DNA of 32,000 bases. Origin: Candidatus Saccharimonadota bacterium. GTDB lineage: Bacteria > Patescibacteriota > Gracilibacteria > BD1-5 > UBA6164. The stretch covers positions 810,001 to 842,000 of the forward strand of contig OY782392.1 of assembly GCA_963677765.1 (NCBI GenBank), written 5' to 3'. The notes under the pieces were generated by a model, which saw only the letters and a program-made list of their open reading frames with translations, had not been told where the DNA came from and ran no database searches. A program made the translations under genes and the position numbers. Of the stretch, positions 1 through 11,143 are shown piece after piece; the first letter of the stretch is position 1; the number at the start of each line of letters is the position of its first letter.

Positions 1-1432
1 TTTCAGATAAAAAGTTATGTATAAAGAAAGCTTCTACTAATGCTGTAGTTTTTACTGAAAATGGGTAGTTTGAAGTACTAAGAGTAGGAGATATTATTCT
101 TAAAGAATCTTCATTTATTTCTAGTAATTCTTCTATATTATCAAGTATTCAATCTCTTACAGTTTGTCTAAGCTTTGTTAATAACATTTCTTTATTATAT
201 GAATATGTTGTTATTTTTATTGATGCTCATAATTTGAAACTATCAGTTTCTTCTCATATATTTATTTGATCTTCTCATACTACATTAAATTCTGAATATT
301 TTGTAACTCAGTCTACAGGAAATATTTCATATTGTACATTATTTCTTTCGTTGTTATCTTTTATGTCGTTTTTTACATCTTCATATATTTGTGTTTCAAG
401 CTTTCATCTAAGTATAGTTTTAGCATTTTCTATATCTTGTTTTGTAACAACTTTTTTATAATTATCATTTCATCATTTAAATTGACTTATACTTTCAGCA
501 TATATTTTATCACTATCTTCTTTTAGTCATGGTAAAAACATTGCTATTCATGTATCTATATTTCAATTAGATCATATTATATTTCATTTGCTATCTCTTA
601 ATCTAGATTTTGCATAAGCATCTATTTCTCAAGGTATTACAGCTCATGTTGAACTTACACTACTAGATGGTATAACAACATTTCATTCTATTAAATACAC
701 TAATCAAGTTTGAGTTTCAAGTCTAGTGCTATCAATTAATTCTATTTCATCACTAAACATATTGTACAGTTTTACTTTTCATCTAGATGTTGAAACTGTA
801 TCTTCAGATACTCAAGATGTTCAGAAACTTGAATCTATAAAAATTTCTTTTGTTATTTTCTTTAGTCTTATAGTGTTTTCATCTAATACTAATTGATCAT
901 TTTCTGATTCTGTAAATATAAAATTTTTTCATTTAGTTTTTACTTCTATTTTTGGTGTTATTTCAATATGTGTTTCATTTACCGCAAAGTAAAAGACAAA
1001 TATTAGTAAAAATAATGATAAAAATAAAAAACTTATAAAATATCATATTTTTGAGTTTCCATATTTATCTCTATATCTAGATATTATATTATCATTATTT
1101 TTTTGTAAGAAAATATCTTTTATTTCTCTAAAATAGTTTTTAAATGTGTATAAAAAATATTCAAAAAAACTATAGTTATATTCTATTAAATCAGGATTAT
1201 TAGTTATAGAGTATTTTATTCATAATCTTTTTCATATTTTTTTCGCTGTTTTATCATTAGTAATAATAACTAAATCTTTTTTTCAAGATTTTGCTTTTAA
1301 TATTCTAAGTGATGTATAATTATGTAAAACTGGATGTCAAAAAGGGAATTCTAAAATTATTTCTCTTTCTTTAGTATTTTTAATTTTTATTATAATATCT
1401 ACTATAGAATCATTCTTATGAATTTTTATCAT
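1..1432 (-). CDS. hypothetical membrane-anchored protein (small N-terminal domain, one TM helix, large extracytoplasmic domain); C-terminus beyond window edge
   Basis: ATG at 1432-1430. The frame has no TAA/TAG for all ~477 codons down to position 2 once TGA is read as Gly. TM segment GYFISFLFLSLFLLIFVFYF about 130 aa in. No family recognised. Confidence 0.65.
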
Positions 1433-1559
1433 TTTTTATTTTAAAATTATTACTATTTTATTTGTTTTAGAATATCTATTTAATCTTTTTTTTCAAGTTA
1501 ATTATTACTTTACAAAATATCTATTTTGGCTACACTTTTATTATATTTATAGTTTAACT

Positions 1560-2963
1560 TTGTTTGTTTTGCAAGAGATACTGAAAATAATTGATTTAAT
1601 AGAAAGTTCTATCAAAGAAAATCCTGAAAATTCACTTACAGCATGAGAAATAATTGCTGATAATTATGATGAAAAAGTAGATCAATATAGAAATATTATA
1701 AATAATTCTCAAGAATGGCTATTAAATTATCAAAATGATTTATCAACAAGTACTTGAATATCAAACTTAAAAATTAAGTTTACTAATGCTTCTGGATATT
1801 TTATAGAAATACCAAAATCACAAACATCAAAAATTCCTGATAGTTTCATACATAAACAAACACTTGTAAATGCTTCGAGATATATAACTATAGAACTAAA
1901 AGAATTTGAACAGAAAATGCTTGAAGCACAAAATGAAAAATCTTCAAGGGAATATAATATATTTTTAGATATTAGAGAAAAAATATTAGATTCTTACTCT
2001 ATTATTAAAAAAACTAGTGATAAATCCTCAAATATAGATTTTTTAGCATGACTTGCAACAGTTGCATATAACAATAATTATGTAAAACCTGAAATAACTG
2101 ATAAATATAATTTTGAAGTAGTATGATGAAGACATCCTATAATAGAAAAAAATGTATCTGATTTCATAAGTAATGATTTATCAATGGATAAATCTAAATA
2201 TGTTCATATTATTACATGACCTAATATGTGAGGTAAATCAACTTTTTTAAGACAAAATGCTCTTATTATATTGATGTCACATATATGATCTTTTGTTCCT
2301 GCTAAAAAAGCTGTTATTCCTATCACTGATAGTATTTTCTCTAGAATATGAGCTAATGATAATTTATTTTTAGGTCAATCAACTTTTATGGTTGAAATGC
2401 AAGAAGTTGCAAATATATTGAATAATTCAACTGAAAATAGTTTTGTTATTATTGATGAAGTTGGTAGATGAACAAGTACTTATGATTGAATGAGTTTAGC
2501 TTGGTCTATACTTAAACATAATCATGATAAAATAAAAGCTAAAACATTATTTGCTACACATTATCATGAGTTAATAGATGAATCTACTAAACTTAAATGA
2601 GTAAAAAATTTTTCAGTAGCTGTTTGAGAAAATGATGAGAATTTAGTATTTCTTAGAAAAATAATTCCTTGATGAATAAAAAAGTCTTTTTGATTAGAAG
2701 TTGCTAGAATAGCAGGTTTATGAAATGATGTAATAAGTGAAGCTAAAAAGATGTTAAGATTTTTAGAATCTGAGCATTCAAAAACTTCTCAAACTCAGTT
2801 AGATATTTGACTATGAGATAATGTTAAATATATGGAAAAAATTGTTTATTGAGATAGTGAAATAGAACAATTAATTAAGAAAATGGATTTAAATAACTTA
2901 ACTCCTATAGATGCTTTTAATGAATTATATAAATTAAAAAATATGCTTGATGAAAAAAAGTAA
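1560..2963 (+). CDS. mutS: MutS mismatch-repair ATPase, C-terminal ~467 aa only (part of core, clamp, ATPase, HTH); N-terminal mismatch-binding half absent
   Basis: Translation with TGA=Gly gives the MutS signatures [14 protein letters not shown] (2214-2243, both Gly from TGA), STFMVEM, DEVGRGTSTYDG and FATHYHEL. By recollection the first residues ([14 protein letters not shown]...) correspond to a region several hundred residues into E. coli MutS. There is no in-frame ATG. Candidate TTG starts at 1560 and 1569. Stop TAA 2961-2963. Confidence 0.85.
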
Positions 2964-2973
2964 AATAATAATA

Positions 2974-4041
2974 ATGCATGACACATTTTTATATAAATGA
3001 TGATGAGAAAGGCTTATTCTTATGATGGCAAAGGCTCTAAACTCTGATTTAGCTTCAGGTTTTTTTAGTTCTTGAAGTTTTGATTTGAGAAAAGAAGGGT
3101 TTAAGTGAAAAATGATAAGTGTTTCAAGTGAAATATTTAAAAAATGATTTAGACATATAAAATTAAAATGGGCTTTTTTATTTAATACAAAATTTTTAAA
3201 TGAATACGATTGTGTTATTTTTTCATGAGATAGTATAAGTTCTGTAAGAAACTGTAGAAAAGATACAAAGAAAATATATTATTGTCATACTCCACCTAGA
3301 TATATATATGATTTACATGATTTATATCTTAGAAAAGTACCTTTTTTACTTAGGCCTTTGTTTAAAATTTTTTCATATATATTTAAAAAAATGTATGAAA
3401 ATGATGTAAAGAAAATGGATTTAATATTAACTAATTCAAAAAATACTCAAGCTAGAATTAAAAAATTTTTGTGATTAGATTCTACTATTTTATATCCACC
3501 TGTTGATTTATCTGAGTTTAAATATAAAGATCAAAAAGATTATTATTTATCATTTGCTAGATTATCTGATGCTAAAAGGGTAGATAGAATTGTGAAAGCA
3601 TTTTGAAAAATGCCAGATAAAAATCTAGTTGTTATATATTGAGAAAATGATCCACAAAAAAACTATATTTTTGATATATCTAAATGACACAAAAATATAG
3701 AATTTGTCACTTTACCTTGAAATATATGATTTACTGATTATGTTTCTAATTGTATTGCTAGTATTTATATTCCTATTGATGAGGATTTTTGAATGAGTCC
3801 TGTTGAAAGTATGGCTGCATGAAAACCTGTTATATGAGTTGATGACTGATGACTTAAGGAATCTATTATTGATTGAAAAACATGATATCTTATAGATAAA
3901 AGTGCTAAAATAGATGATATTATTTCTTGTGTAAAAACTTTGGATAAACAAAAGGCTTTATCTATGAAAGAAGCTTGTGAAGATAGAGCTAAGTATTTTA
4001 GTATAGATAACTTTGAGAAACAATTAAAAACATATATATAA
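2974..4041 (+). CDS. glycosyltransferase, GT4 (group 1) family
   Basis: 355 aa with TGA=Gly. C-terminal motif [37 protein letters not shown] is typical of GT4/GT-B enzymes. Three consecutive TGA codons at 2998-3006 (KGGGE). Stop TAA 4039-4041. Confidence 0.85.
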
Positions 4042-4044
4042 AAA

Positions 4045-4074
4045 AAGATACACTTATTTAAGTATATCTTTTTT
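4045..4074. terminator. bidirectional intrinsic terminator between convergent genes
   Basis: 10-bp stem with 1 mismatch (aagatacact / agtatatctt), 6-nt loop, A-run on the left and T-run on the right. Confidence 0.6.
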
Positions 4075-4080
4075 AAATTA

Positions 4081-4431
4081 TTAACTCATTGCTTTAATAG
4101 CTTCTTCTTCAGTATCAACAGTAGGAACAATAGTTGTTATACCAACTAGTTCTAAAATATCTTTTACTCCTTCAGAACAGTTAGATATATGCATTTGACC
4201 TTCATTATCTTCGATATTTGAAAATACATCTGCTATATAACCAATTGATTTTGAGTTTAAATATTTTAATCCTGACATATTGAATACGATTTTTTTGTTT
4301 TCAAAACCACCAATTTCATCATATATTGTTTTAAATGTTTTATCAGCATTTGTTTCATCTAATTCTCCAGAGAATTCAAAAACTAATATACCATTTTCTT
4401 CTTTTTTATTTACTTCTATTAATGTTTCCAT
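4081..4431 (-). CDS. STAS-domain protein (anti-sigma-factor antagonist, SpoIIAA-like)
   Basis: 116-aa ORF intact even in the standard code. Pattern ...FEFSGELD...FNMSGLKYLNSKSIGYI...LELVGI... matches STAS/anti-anti-sigma architecture. Confidence 0.8.
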   Translation of the reverse strand: METLIEVNKKEENGILVFEFSGELDETNADKTFKTIYDEIGGFENKKIVFNMSGLKYLNSKSIGYIADVFSNIEDNEGQMHISNCSEGVKDILELVGITTIVPTVDTEEEAIKAMS

Positions 4432-4520
4432 AAAATATTAAAAGTTATTATTAAATTTGATATATTTATTATATAACAAATATTTTTTTAAAGCAAATTT
4501 TAACATTATTTTTTCTTGAT

Positions 4521-4922
4521 ATGATTAAAAAATATACCATAGATAATATAAATACACTTGATATACCTATTCCTAAGCCTTCAATAATTTTTCTTAGAGG
4601 GGATTTATGAGCAGGTAAAACAACTATAAGTAAACATATTTTAAACAATTTGTTAAAAGTATGTGAAGAAGTTACATCTCCAACTTATACTTATTATAAC
4701 AGATATTGAGATAATTATCACTTTGATTTATATAGATTATCTAATTATGATGAATTTTTTGCTATTTGATGAGAAGATATTTTAGATAATAATGAATGAG
4801 TAATTCTTATAGAATGGCCGGATTTAATAATGGATTATTATCAAGCTGATTTAATTATTGATATAAAAAAAACTGATAATGATAATGAAAGAATAATAGA
4901 AATAATAAAAAAAGAAGCATAA
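4521..4922 (+). CDS. tsaE: tRNA t6A37 biosynthesis ATPase TsaE (YjeE family)
   Basis: 133 aa. P-loop GDLGAGKTT (4599-4625, middle Gly encoded by TGA), SPTYTYYN, HFDLYRL, LIEWPD. Confidence 0.85.
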
Positions 4923-4936
4923 TTGCTTCTTTTTTT
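4912..4936. terminator. bidirectional intrinsic terminator overlapping two convergent stop codons
   Basis: 8-bp perfect stem aagaagca/tgcttctt, loop taat, followed by a T-run. It overlaps the tsaE stop (4920-4922) and the sugar-transferase stop (4935-4937). Confidence 0.7.
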
Positions 4937-6407
4937 ATTTTCTAGAAAAAATAACATTAAAAGTTTTTAGTATTATTTTTAGATCTAGTAACATTGTCCA
5001 ATTTTCTATATAAAATATATCAAGTTCTGCTTCTTTTTTAAAATCATTTTTTTCTCTTCAATTAACTTGAGCCATTCAAGTAATTCATGGTTTTATTGTA
5101 AGAAGTCTTTTTTGTTCTATGTCATATTTTTCTACTTCTCTTGGTTGATGTGGTCTAGGTCAAACCAAACTCATATTTCATATTATTAAATTAAAAAATT
5201 GAGGTAATTCATCTATAGAGTATTTTTCTATAAATGTTCATATTTTGGTTTTTCTTGGGTCATTCTTTATTTTGTATAGTGGTCAATTTCTTGTTGAGTT
5301 TTTTTCTATTAATTTTTTTTCAAACTCTAAGGCTTTATCTTTTTTTGGATCTATATTATATGCATCTTTGATACAATATTTCCATTTCATATACCTAAAC
5401 TTAAAAAGATTGAATTCTTTTCAGTTTTGTCATATTCTTTTATTTTTATATATTATTGGTCACTTAGGATCTTCTATTTTTATTAGTATAGAAACAATTA
5501 TAAAAATAGGTGAAAATACTAATACTCATATTATTCAAGATAGAAAATCAAATATTCTTTTAAAAACTTTTCACCAACTATCTAGAGATGTATTATTTAT
5601 TTCAATAACTGGTATTTTATTTATAAGTGAAAGACTTGTATTTGTTTTTGTTACATCAAAAGAATTTGTTATATATCTATATCTAACTCAAAATATTCTA
5701 GTTAATTCCCATAAGTTATGTAATTCATTTTTTGAGAAATCACTATCTATATATAGTACTTCATCACATTTTTTAGATTCAAATAATTTTTTAAGTTTAT
5801 TTATATCTCATTTATAACTCATTTTTATTCATTCTATCTTTTCTATATTTGAATATCATATTATTTGATATATTTTAGCATCTTTTATATCTTTTATTAT
5901 ATTTTCTATTTTATTTTTTGGTTTATTATTTATAAGAAGTATTTTTCTTTTTGATAAAAATCATTTCTTTAATAAAAAATATTCAAACTTATTTAAAAAT
6001 ATCCTTTCTAATATTACAGCTAATGTACCAATAATAAATGTAAATAGTATTATAAGTCTAGGTATTTCAATTTCATAAATTATTCACTTTCAAAGATAAA
6101 CAAAAAATGAATAAAAAATTAACCAGTAAAAACTATATCTAATTATCTGTAAAAACTCACTTATTTTAGAAGATGTTATTTTTATAAAGTATAGTCAATG
6201 AATAGCAAATATAAATATATATAGTAAGGTACCGTATAATGCAAAAAAGAACAAACTAGAATCATCTATAGTTTGTAGTGGTAAATTTACTCATGGAACG
6301 AAGTCGTTTATTTGTCTTATTTCCCTGGATATGTAAAAAAGACAAAATATAATTATAAAATCAAGTGGAAGCTTTGCTATAGCAAATACAATATCTTGTT
6401 TTTTCAT
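4935..6407 (-). CDS. polyprenyl-phosphate sugar phosphotransferase (bacterial sugar transferase, WbaP/WcaJ-like, with N-terminal TM region)
   Basis: 490 aa with TGA=Gly. C-terminal catalytic domain motifs: DELPQFFNLIIGNMSLVGPRPHQPRE (Gly of VGPRP is TGA), KPGITGMAQVNGR, YIENWTMLLDLKIILKT. Hydrophobic N-terminal helices. ATG at 6407-6405, stop TAA 4937-4935. Confidence 0.85.
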
Positions 6408-6513
6408 CTTTTATATTTTTTAATATTTTTTTTTATTTTACTTTTTTGTTTTTATTTTGCAAATTCTATCTTATTTATTAAAATAAAATTGTATTAATTT
6501 TTAATTAACTTTC

Positions 6514-7539
6514 ATGAAACAAATAATTAAAAATATATTTTTTGATATACTTTTTTTATATAAAAACTTTATACATTGGAATTTTTCAAAGCTATTAATA
6601 TATATTTATTCTATATTGGTATCAATAGTTTTTGTTCTTCCTATTATATTAGTTTACTTTTTACTTTCACTTGCTAGTTGAGAATCATTTATTTTGTTTT
6701 TATCTTGATTAGTTACTTGAAATCTAATTCCTTGATTTGGAGCATTTTTTCATGTTATTATTTTTTTATTATTTTCTTTAGTTTTTGTACTAGCTACAAA
6801 TTTTTTATTAACAAAATTAAATATAAACTATATTAACTGAAATAAACCAAACTATAAAAATAAAGACTTTATAGATTATAAAAACTTTTTATCTTATTTT
6901 TGATATAGTTTATTAACAATACTTATCTTAATTTTACCTAGTGTATTTTTTATTGTAATTTTAGCTATATTTCTTGTTTCATTTTGATGAATAGATGAGG
7001 TTTTATATATGGTTAGTTCTTGACCTATAAATACTTTTTCTATATTAGCTTTAGTATTATTTATATTGAATGTTTTAATTACTATATATCTTTTTTATAG
7101 ATTAGCTTTTGGTTTTGTTTCTATATTGGAGGATAAAAATAATCCTTGAGTTTTAGCTAATATTAAAACTAGTTTTAGATTAACTAAATGATATAAAAAA
7201 TTATTAAAAGTTATATTTGTATTTTTACTTTTTGGTATATTTTATATGCCTTTTAATTATATGAGTTTAAATACTTCATGAACCTATAATGATATAGGGA
7301 ATTATGTTAGATATATAAATGCTAGTGAAGAACAACAATATTCTATTGAGGCATCAAATAAATATTATTACGAATGATTAGAATTATCTTATTGATCAAT
7401 TGATTTAGAATTATTAGAAAAATTACAAAAAAACTATTATTATTATAGTATGATATATCAAATAATAGAGTTTTTATTAATATATTGATTCTTTTCTATG
7501 CTATTAGTATCAATTTATTTTAGAATTATAAAAGAATAA
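6514..7539 (+). CDS. hypothetical polytopic membrane protein
   Basis: 341-aa frame free of TAA/TAG with TGA=Gly. Multiple hydrophobic helices. No family recognised. Confidence 0.6.
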
Positions 7540-7542
7540 TAA

Positions 7543-8340
7543 ATGAAATTATTAATTTTTTGAGACATATATTGAAGAATTTGAAGAGCCTGATTAAAAA
7601 AAGAGTTAGCATGATTAAAATCAAAATATAATCCTGATTTTACAATAGCTAATGTTGATAATATAACTTCTTGAAGATGAGCTGTTGAAAAACATATATT
7701 AGAGATGAATAAAATATGAGTTGATATTATGACATGATGAGATCATATTGTAGATAATTATTCAAAAATAAAAGATTATTTGTCTTTAGATAACACCAAC
7801 TTACTTAGATTTGCTAACTTTTATGATAAAGATTTTGCATGAATATGACATAAAATTTTTGAAAAAAATTGAAAAAAAATTCTTGTAGTTCATTTGCAAT
7901 GAGAGGTTTTTATGCATAACAAAGTTTTAAATCCATTTATTACTATGGATGAAATATTATCTAGTTATGACAAATCCGAATATGATTGAGTTATTGTAGA
8001 TTTTCATAAAGAAGCAACAGCAGAATGATATTGATTAGTTCATTATTTAGATTGAAGAGTTAGTTTTGTTTATTGAACTCATACACATGTTCAAACAAAT
8101 GATGAATTTATTTTAAATTGATGAACATGATATATAAGTGATGTTTGAATGAATTGACCATTTTATTCAATTATATGAGCAGAATTTTCTAGTGTTAAAC
8201 CTAGATTTTTATCATGAATATCAAAATGAAAAATAGAACAGTCACTTGATAATACTTATTTAGTTTCTTGAGTATTTATTGAGTTAGATGAAAAATGAAA
8301 ATGTCTAAAAATAGAGAAAATTAGAATAAAGTCAAAATAG
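7543..8340 (+). CDS. ymdB: YmdB-like metallophosphoesterase (2',3'-cyclic-nucleotide phosphodiesterase family)
   Basis: 265 aa. MKLLIFGDIYGRIGR, NVDNITSGRG, VDFHKEATAEG, VYGTHTHVQTNDE and YISDVGMNGP resemble the B. subtilis YmdB motifs as I recall them. Stop TAG 8338-8340. Confidence 0.8.
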
Positions 8341-8372
8341 AAAAGTAAAAAATTTGCTTTTCTATTTTTTTT
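8337..8372 (+). terminator. intrinsic terminator
   Basis: 9-bp perfect stem atagaaaag/cttttctat, 11-nt loop, then a T-run. Confidence 0.65.
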
Positions 8373-8385
8373 ATTTATAATCCAC

Positions 8386-8399
8386 CTAACAATCGTTAG
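8386..8399. promoter_or_regulatory. inverted repeat CTAAC-N4-GTTAG, candidate TetR operator
   Basis: Perfect 5+5 palindrome 19 nt upstream of the TetR-family start codon. Relatively G/C-containing for this DNA. Confidence 0.3.
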
Positions 8400-8417
8400 T
8401 TAGATAATTTAAAAATT

Positions 8418-8945
8418 ATGAAAAAAGAAGAAATTTTACAAAAAATAGAGCATTTATTTTATGAAAAAAGTTATAAAGAAGTTTCTCTTCAAGATGTAGC
8501 TAATATTTTTGAAATTAAAAAATCTAGTTTATATTATTATTTTGATTCTAAAGAAGATATGTTTTTTGATGTTTTAGAATATTCATTTAATAAATATTTA
8601 AACTTTATAAAAGATCTTATATCTAGATGGAATAATAGTAATTTTCAGGAATTACTTATAGAGTTTATTAATTATTGAGACAGCGAAAAGAATGTATTTT
8701 TTAGAATAAATCAATCTAGTTACACATGAAGTGATAAATCTTTGGATTTAATTCAGTATAAACAAAAAATTATTTTTGATGAAATTCATAAAGCTTTTTA
8801 TGAAAAAGCATGATTCTCAAAAGAAAGAACTTATTTATTTTTAGTTTTAATAAATCAAACTTTTAATAATAATTGAGTTTACTGAAAATGTGAATTGAAT
8901 AATGAAAATATACCATCAGAAATTGAAAAAATATTTTTTAACTAA
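8418..8945 (+). CDS. TetR/AcrR-family transcriptional regulator
   Basis: 175 aa. N-terminal HTH ...YKEVSLQDVANIFEIKKSSLYYYFDSKEDMF... is the TetR_N signature. It continues past the standard-code TGA at 8679. Confidence 0.85.
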
Positions 8946-8953
8946 AAAAAATC

Positions 8954-10873
8954 ATGAAAAAAATCTTTATTATTATTTCTTTATTATTATTTCTTTCTTC
9001 TTGTTGAGAGATTGATGATAAAGTAGTGAAATATTATGAAACATCTATTGTATCAACATGATCTTTAGATAAAAATACTACTTATGTTTGATATACTGAC
9101 TCTTTTGATAGTATTTGATTATCTTTTAAATCTCCATGAAAAATAACAGCAATATATAAATGAATTGGTGATAGAGTTGTAGAATGAGAACTTTTAGCAG
9201 AACTTGATTGATTAGAAGCTAAAACTTGATATAGTTCTAGTTTAGATATTATAGCAAGCCTTAATAATTTAAAACAATCTACTTCTTTGTCTTATGATAA
9301 GCAAATAGAAGCTACAAGAGCTCAAATAAATCAATTAAATAAAGCTCTAGAAATGTCTGATATTTCTATATCATGAGCACAAAGTTGATTATCAGATGCT
9401 GATACAATAAAATCAAATCAAATTGAAACTATAGAAAATCAAATTTCACAAGCTGAACTTTGACTAGAAACTTCAAAAATAAATTATGATAATACTAAGT
9501 CTTTATTAGAAAAAAAAGAAACTGATATTTATACAAACTCAAAAAACTCTATTTCAAGTGCTAATACTTTATCTTCTAATGTTTTTGATTTCTTAGATAC
9601 TTTATTTGGTGTTAGTTCAGTCAATAAAAATAAAAATGATTCTTTTGAAATATATTTATGAGCTAGAAATTCTTCTCAAAAAATATCAACTGAGAATTTA
9701 ATAGATAATTGAATGAAAGATTTTTCTAATCTAAAAGAAAAATACTCAAATTTAGATAGTAATGAAAAAATTAAAGAAGCTTTAAATGAATATTATATAT
9801 TTTTTAATAATGATTTAAAAAATATTTTAGCTTCAGCATATACTACATTGGAAAACTCTATAGAATCATCTAATTTTAGTTCTTCACAAATAAATCAATA
9901 CAAATCAACTATTTCAGAATTTCAATCTAAAAATGAGCAAGTTATATTGTTTGTGAGTTGAAATTTTATGTTGGGTTTAAAATGAAGTTTAGATAATATT
10001 GATACTATACAAAGAGAAAAAAAATCTAGTTTAGATTTATTGCAAAAACAAATAGAAAATAGTGAAAAACAAATTGATATTTTAAAAAAATCTTTAGAAA
10101 CTTATAAGTCTCAATCAAGTTGAAATGTTAATCAAGCAAGTACTTGATTAGAACAAGCAAAAAAACAAAAAGAAATTGTTGAAAATCAAATAATAGAAGC
10201 AAATGCATGATTAGAGGCACTAATAGAAAAAAAGAATGCTTCTCTTAGTGAGATTGATACTCAAATTTCGCAAGCAAGAGCCTCACAAAATAATGCTTGA
10301 GCAATGATTCAAAATACAAAAATTTATTCAAATATATCAGGTATAATTACAAAAAAGATGTTTGATGTATGAGAAGTTGTATGAGCTTGAATTCCTGTTT
10401 TATACGTTAGTAATAGTAAAGATATAAAAATAGAATTAAATATATCTCAAGATTTAGCTGATAATCTAAAAGTTTGAGATATTGCAAAAGTTAAGATTGA
10501 ATGATTAAATGATTTATTTAATTTTGAAGTTTTTAAAATATATCCTTCAAAAGATGAATTAACTAAAAAAGTAACTATTGAATTATTTTATAATAATATT
10601 GATAATAGAATAAAACTTTGAAGTTATTCAAAAATATATTTTGATTTAAACAAATCAAGTACTTGAATTATAATTCCTAATACAGCAATTATATCTAAAT
10701 ATATGATTCCTTGAGTTTATGTTCTAAGTGATAATTGATTAGTTAGTTTTAAAAAAATAGAGATTATATCTCAAAATGATGATATTACTCAAGTTACTTG
10801 ATTAAATGTTTGAGATATGCTTATAACATGATGAAAAGATAATATTTATGACGGTGAAATTTTATCAAATTAA
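8954..10873 (+). CDS. efflux pump periplasmic adaptor (MFP/HlyD family) lipoprotein with very long coiled-coil hairpin
   Basis: 639 aa. Lipobox LLFLSSCG. N-terminal lipoyl-like strand (GKITAIYKGIGDRVVEGELLAELD). Long Q/E/K-rich coiled coil. C-terminal beta-barrel segments (SGIITKKMFDVGEVVGAG, IIPNTAII). Stop TAA 10871-10873. Confidence 0.8.
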
Positions 10874-10874
10874 A

Positions 10875-10896
10875 AAAGAGGCCGTAGCCTCTTTTT
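10875..10896 (+). terminator. intrinsic terminator (GC-rich stem)
   Basis: aaagaggc-cgta-gcctcttt followed by a T-run, directly after the MFP stop codon. Confidence 0.75.
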
Positions 10897-10903
10897 GTTA
10901 ACC

Positions 10904-11035
10904 TTAAGACTTAGCTTTAAGGCTTTCTTGCATTTTGGCTATAGCAAGCCATCTGCAAGGTTTACTCTTTTTCTCTCCTTTTTTTATTGTTTGTGTAGAC
11001 TTTGTTTGTTTAACAGATTGAGATTTTCTCTTCAT
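10904..11035 (-). CDS. small basic protein, 43 aa (MKRKSQSVKQTKSTQTIKKGEKKSKPCRWLAIAKMQESLKAKS), function unknown
   Basis: ATG at 11035-11033 preceded by AAGGA 8 nt upstream. The sense strand is A-rich like other genes here. The region is visibly more G/C-rich than neighbouring spacers. It lies antisense between the MFP and RND genes. Confidence 0.35.
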   Translation of the reverse strand: MKRKSQSVKQTKSTQTIKKGEKKSKPCRWLAIAKMQESLKAKS

Positions 11036-11143
11036 GTTATTAATCCTTCTTGTATTGTTCTACATTTCTCAAAAGAGTATTGTTATTTATAATACTTTAA
11101 TATATAATGTCAAATTGTTTTTAATATTTTAAAATAAGTACTT

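Noticed and set aside
5245-5817. 190-aa plus-strand ORF in the supplied track, and similar track ORFs at 332-526, 3712-3951(-), 6312-6497, 12229-12432(-), 14687-15118, 17344-17547(-), 19870-20139, 21625-21807, 22512-22745(-) and 29107-29346
   Set aside because: All lie antisense to well-supported genes. They are T-rich, low-complexity F/I/L/S strings with no motifs. They are shadow ORFs typical of AT-rich DNA.
10895-11092. 65-aa plus-strand ORF between the MFP and RND genes
   Set aside because: Its sense strand is T-rich and Cys/Leu/Phe-rich, unlike other genes here, and it starts inside the terminator. The minus-strand A-rich basic ORF or a non-coding role is more plausible.
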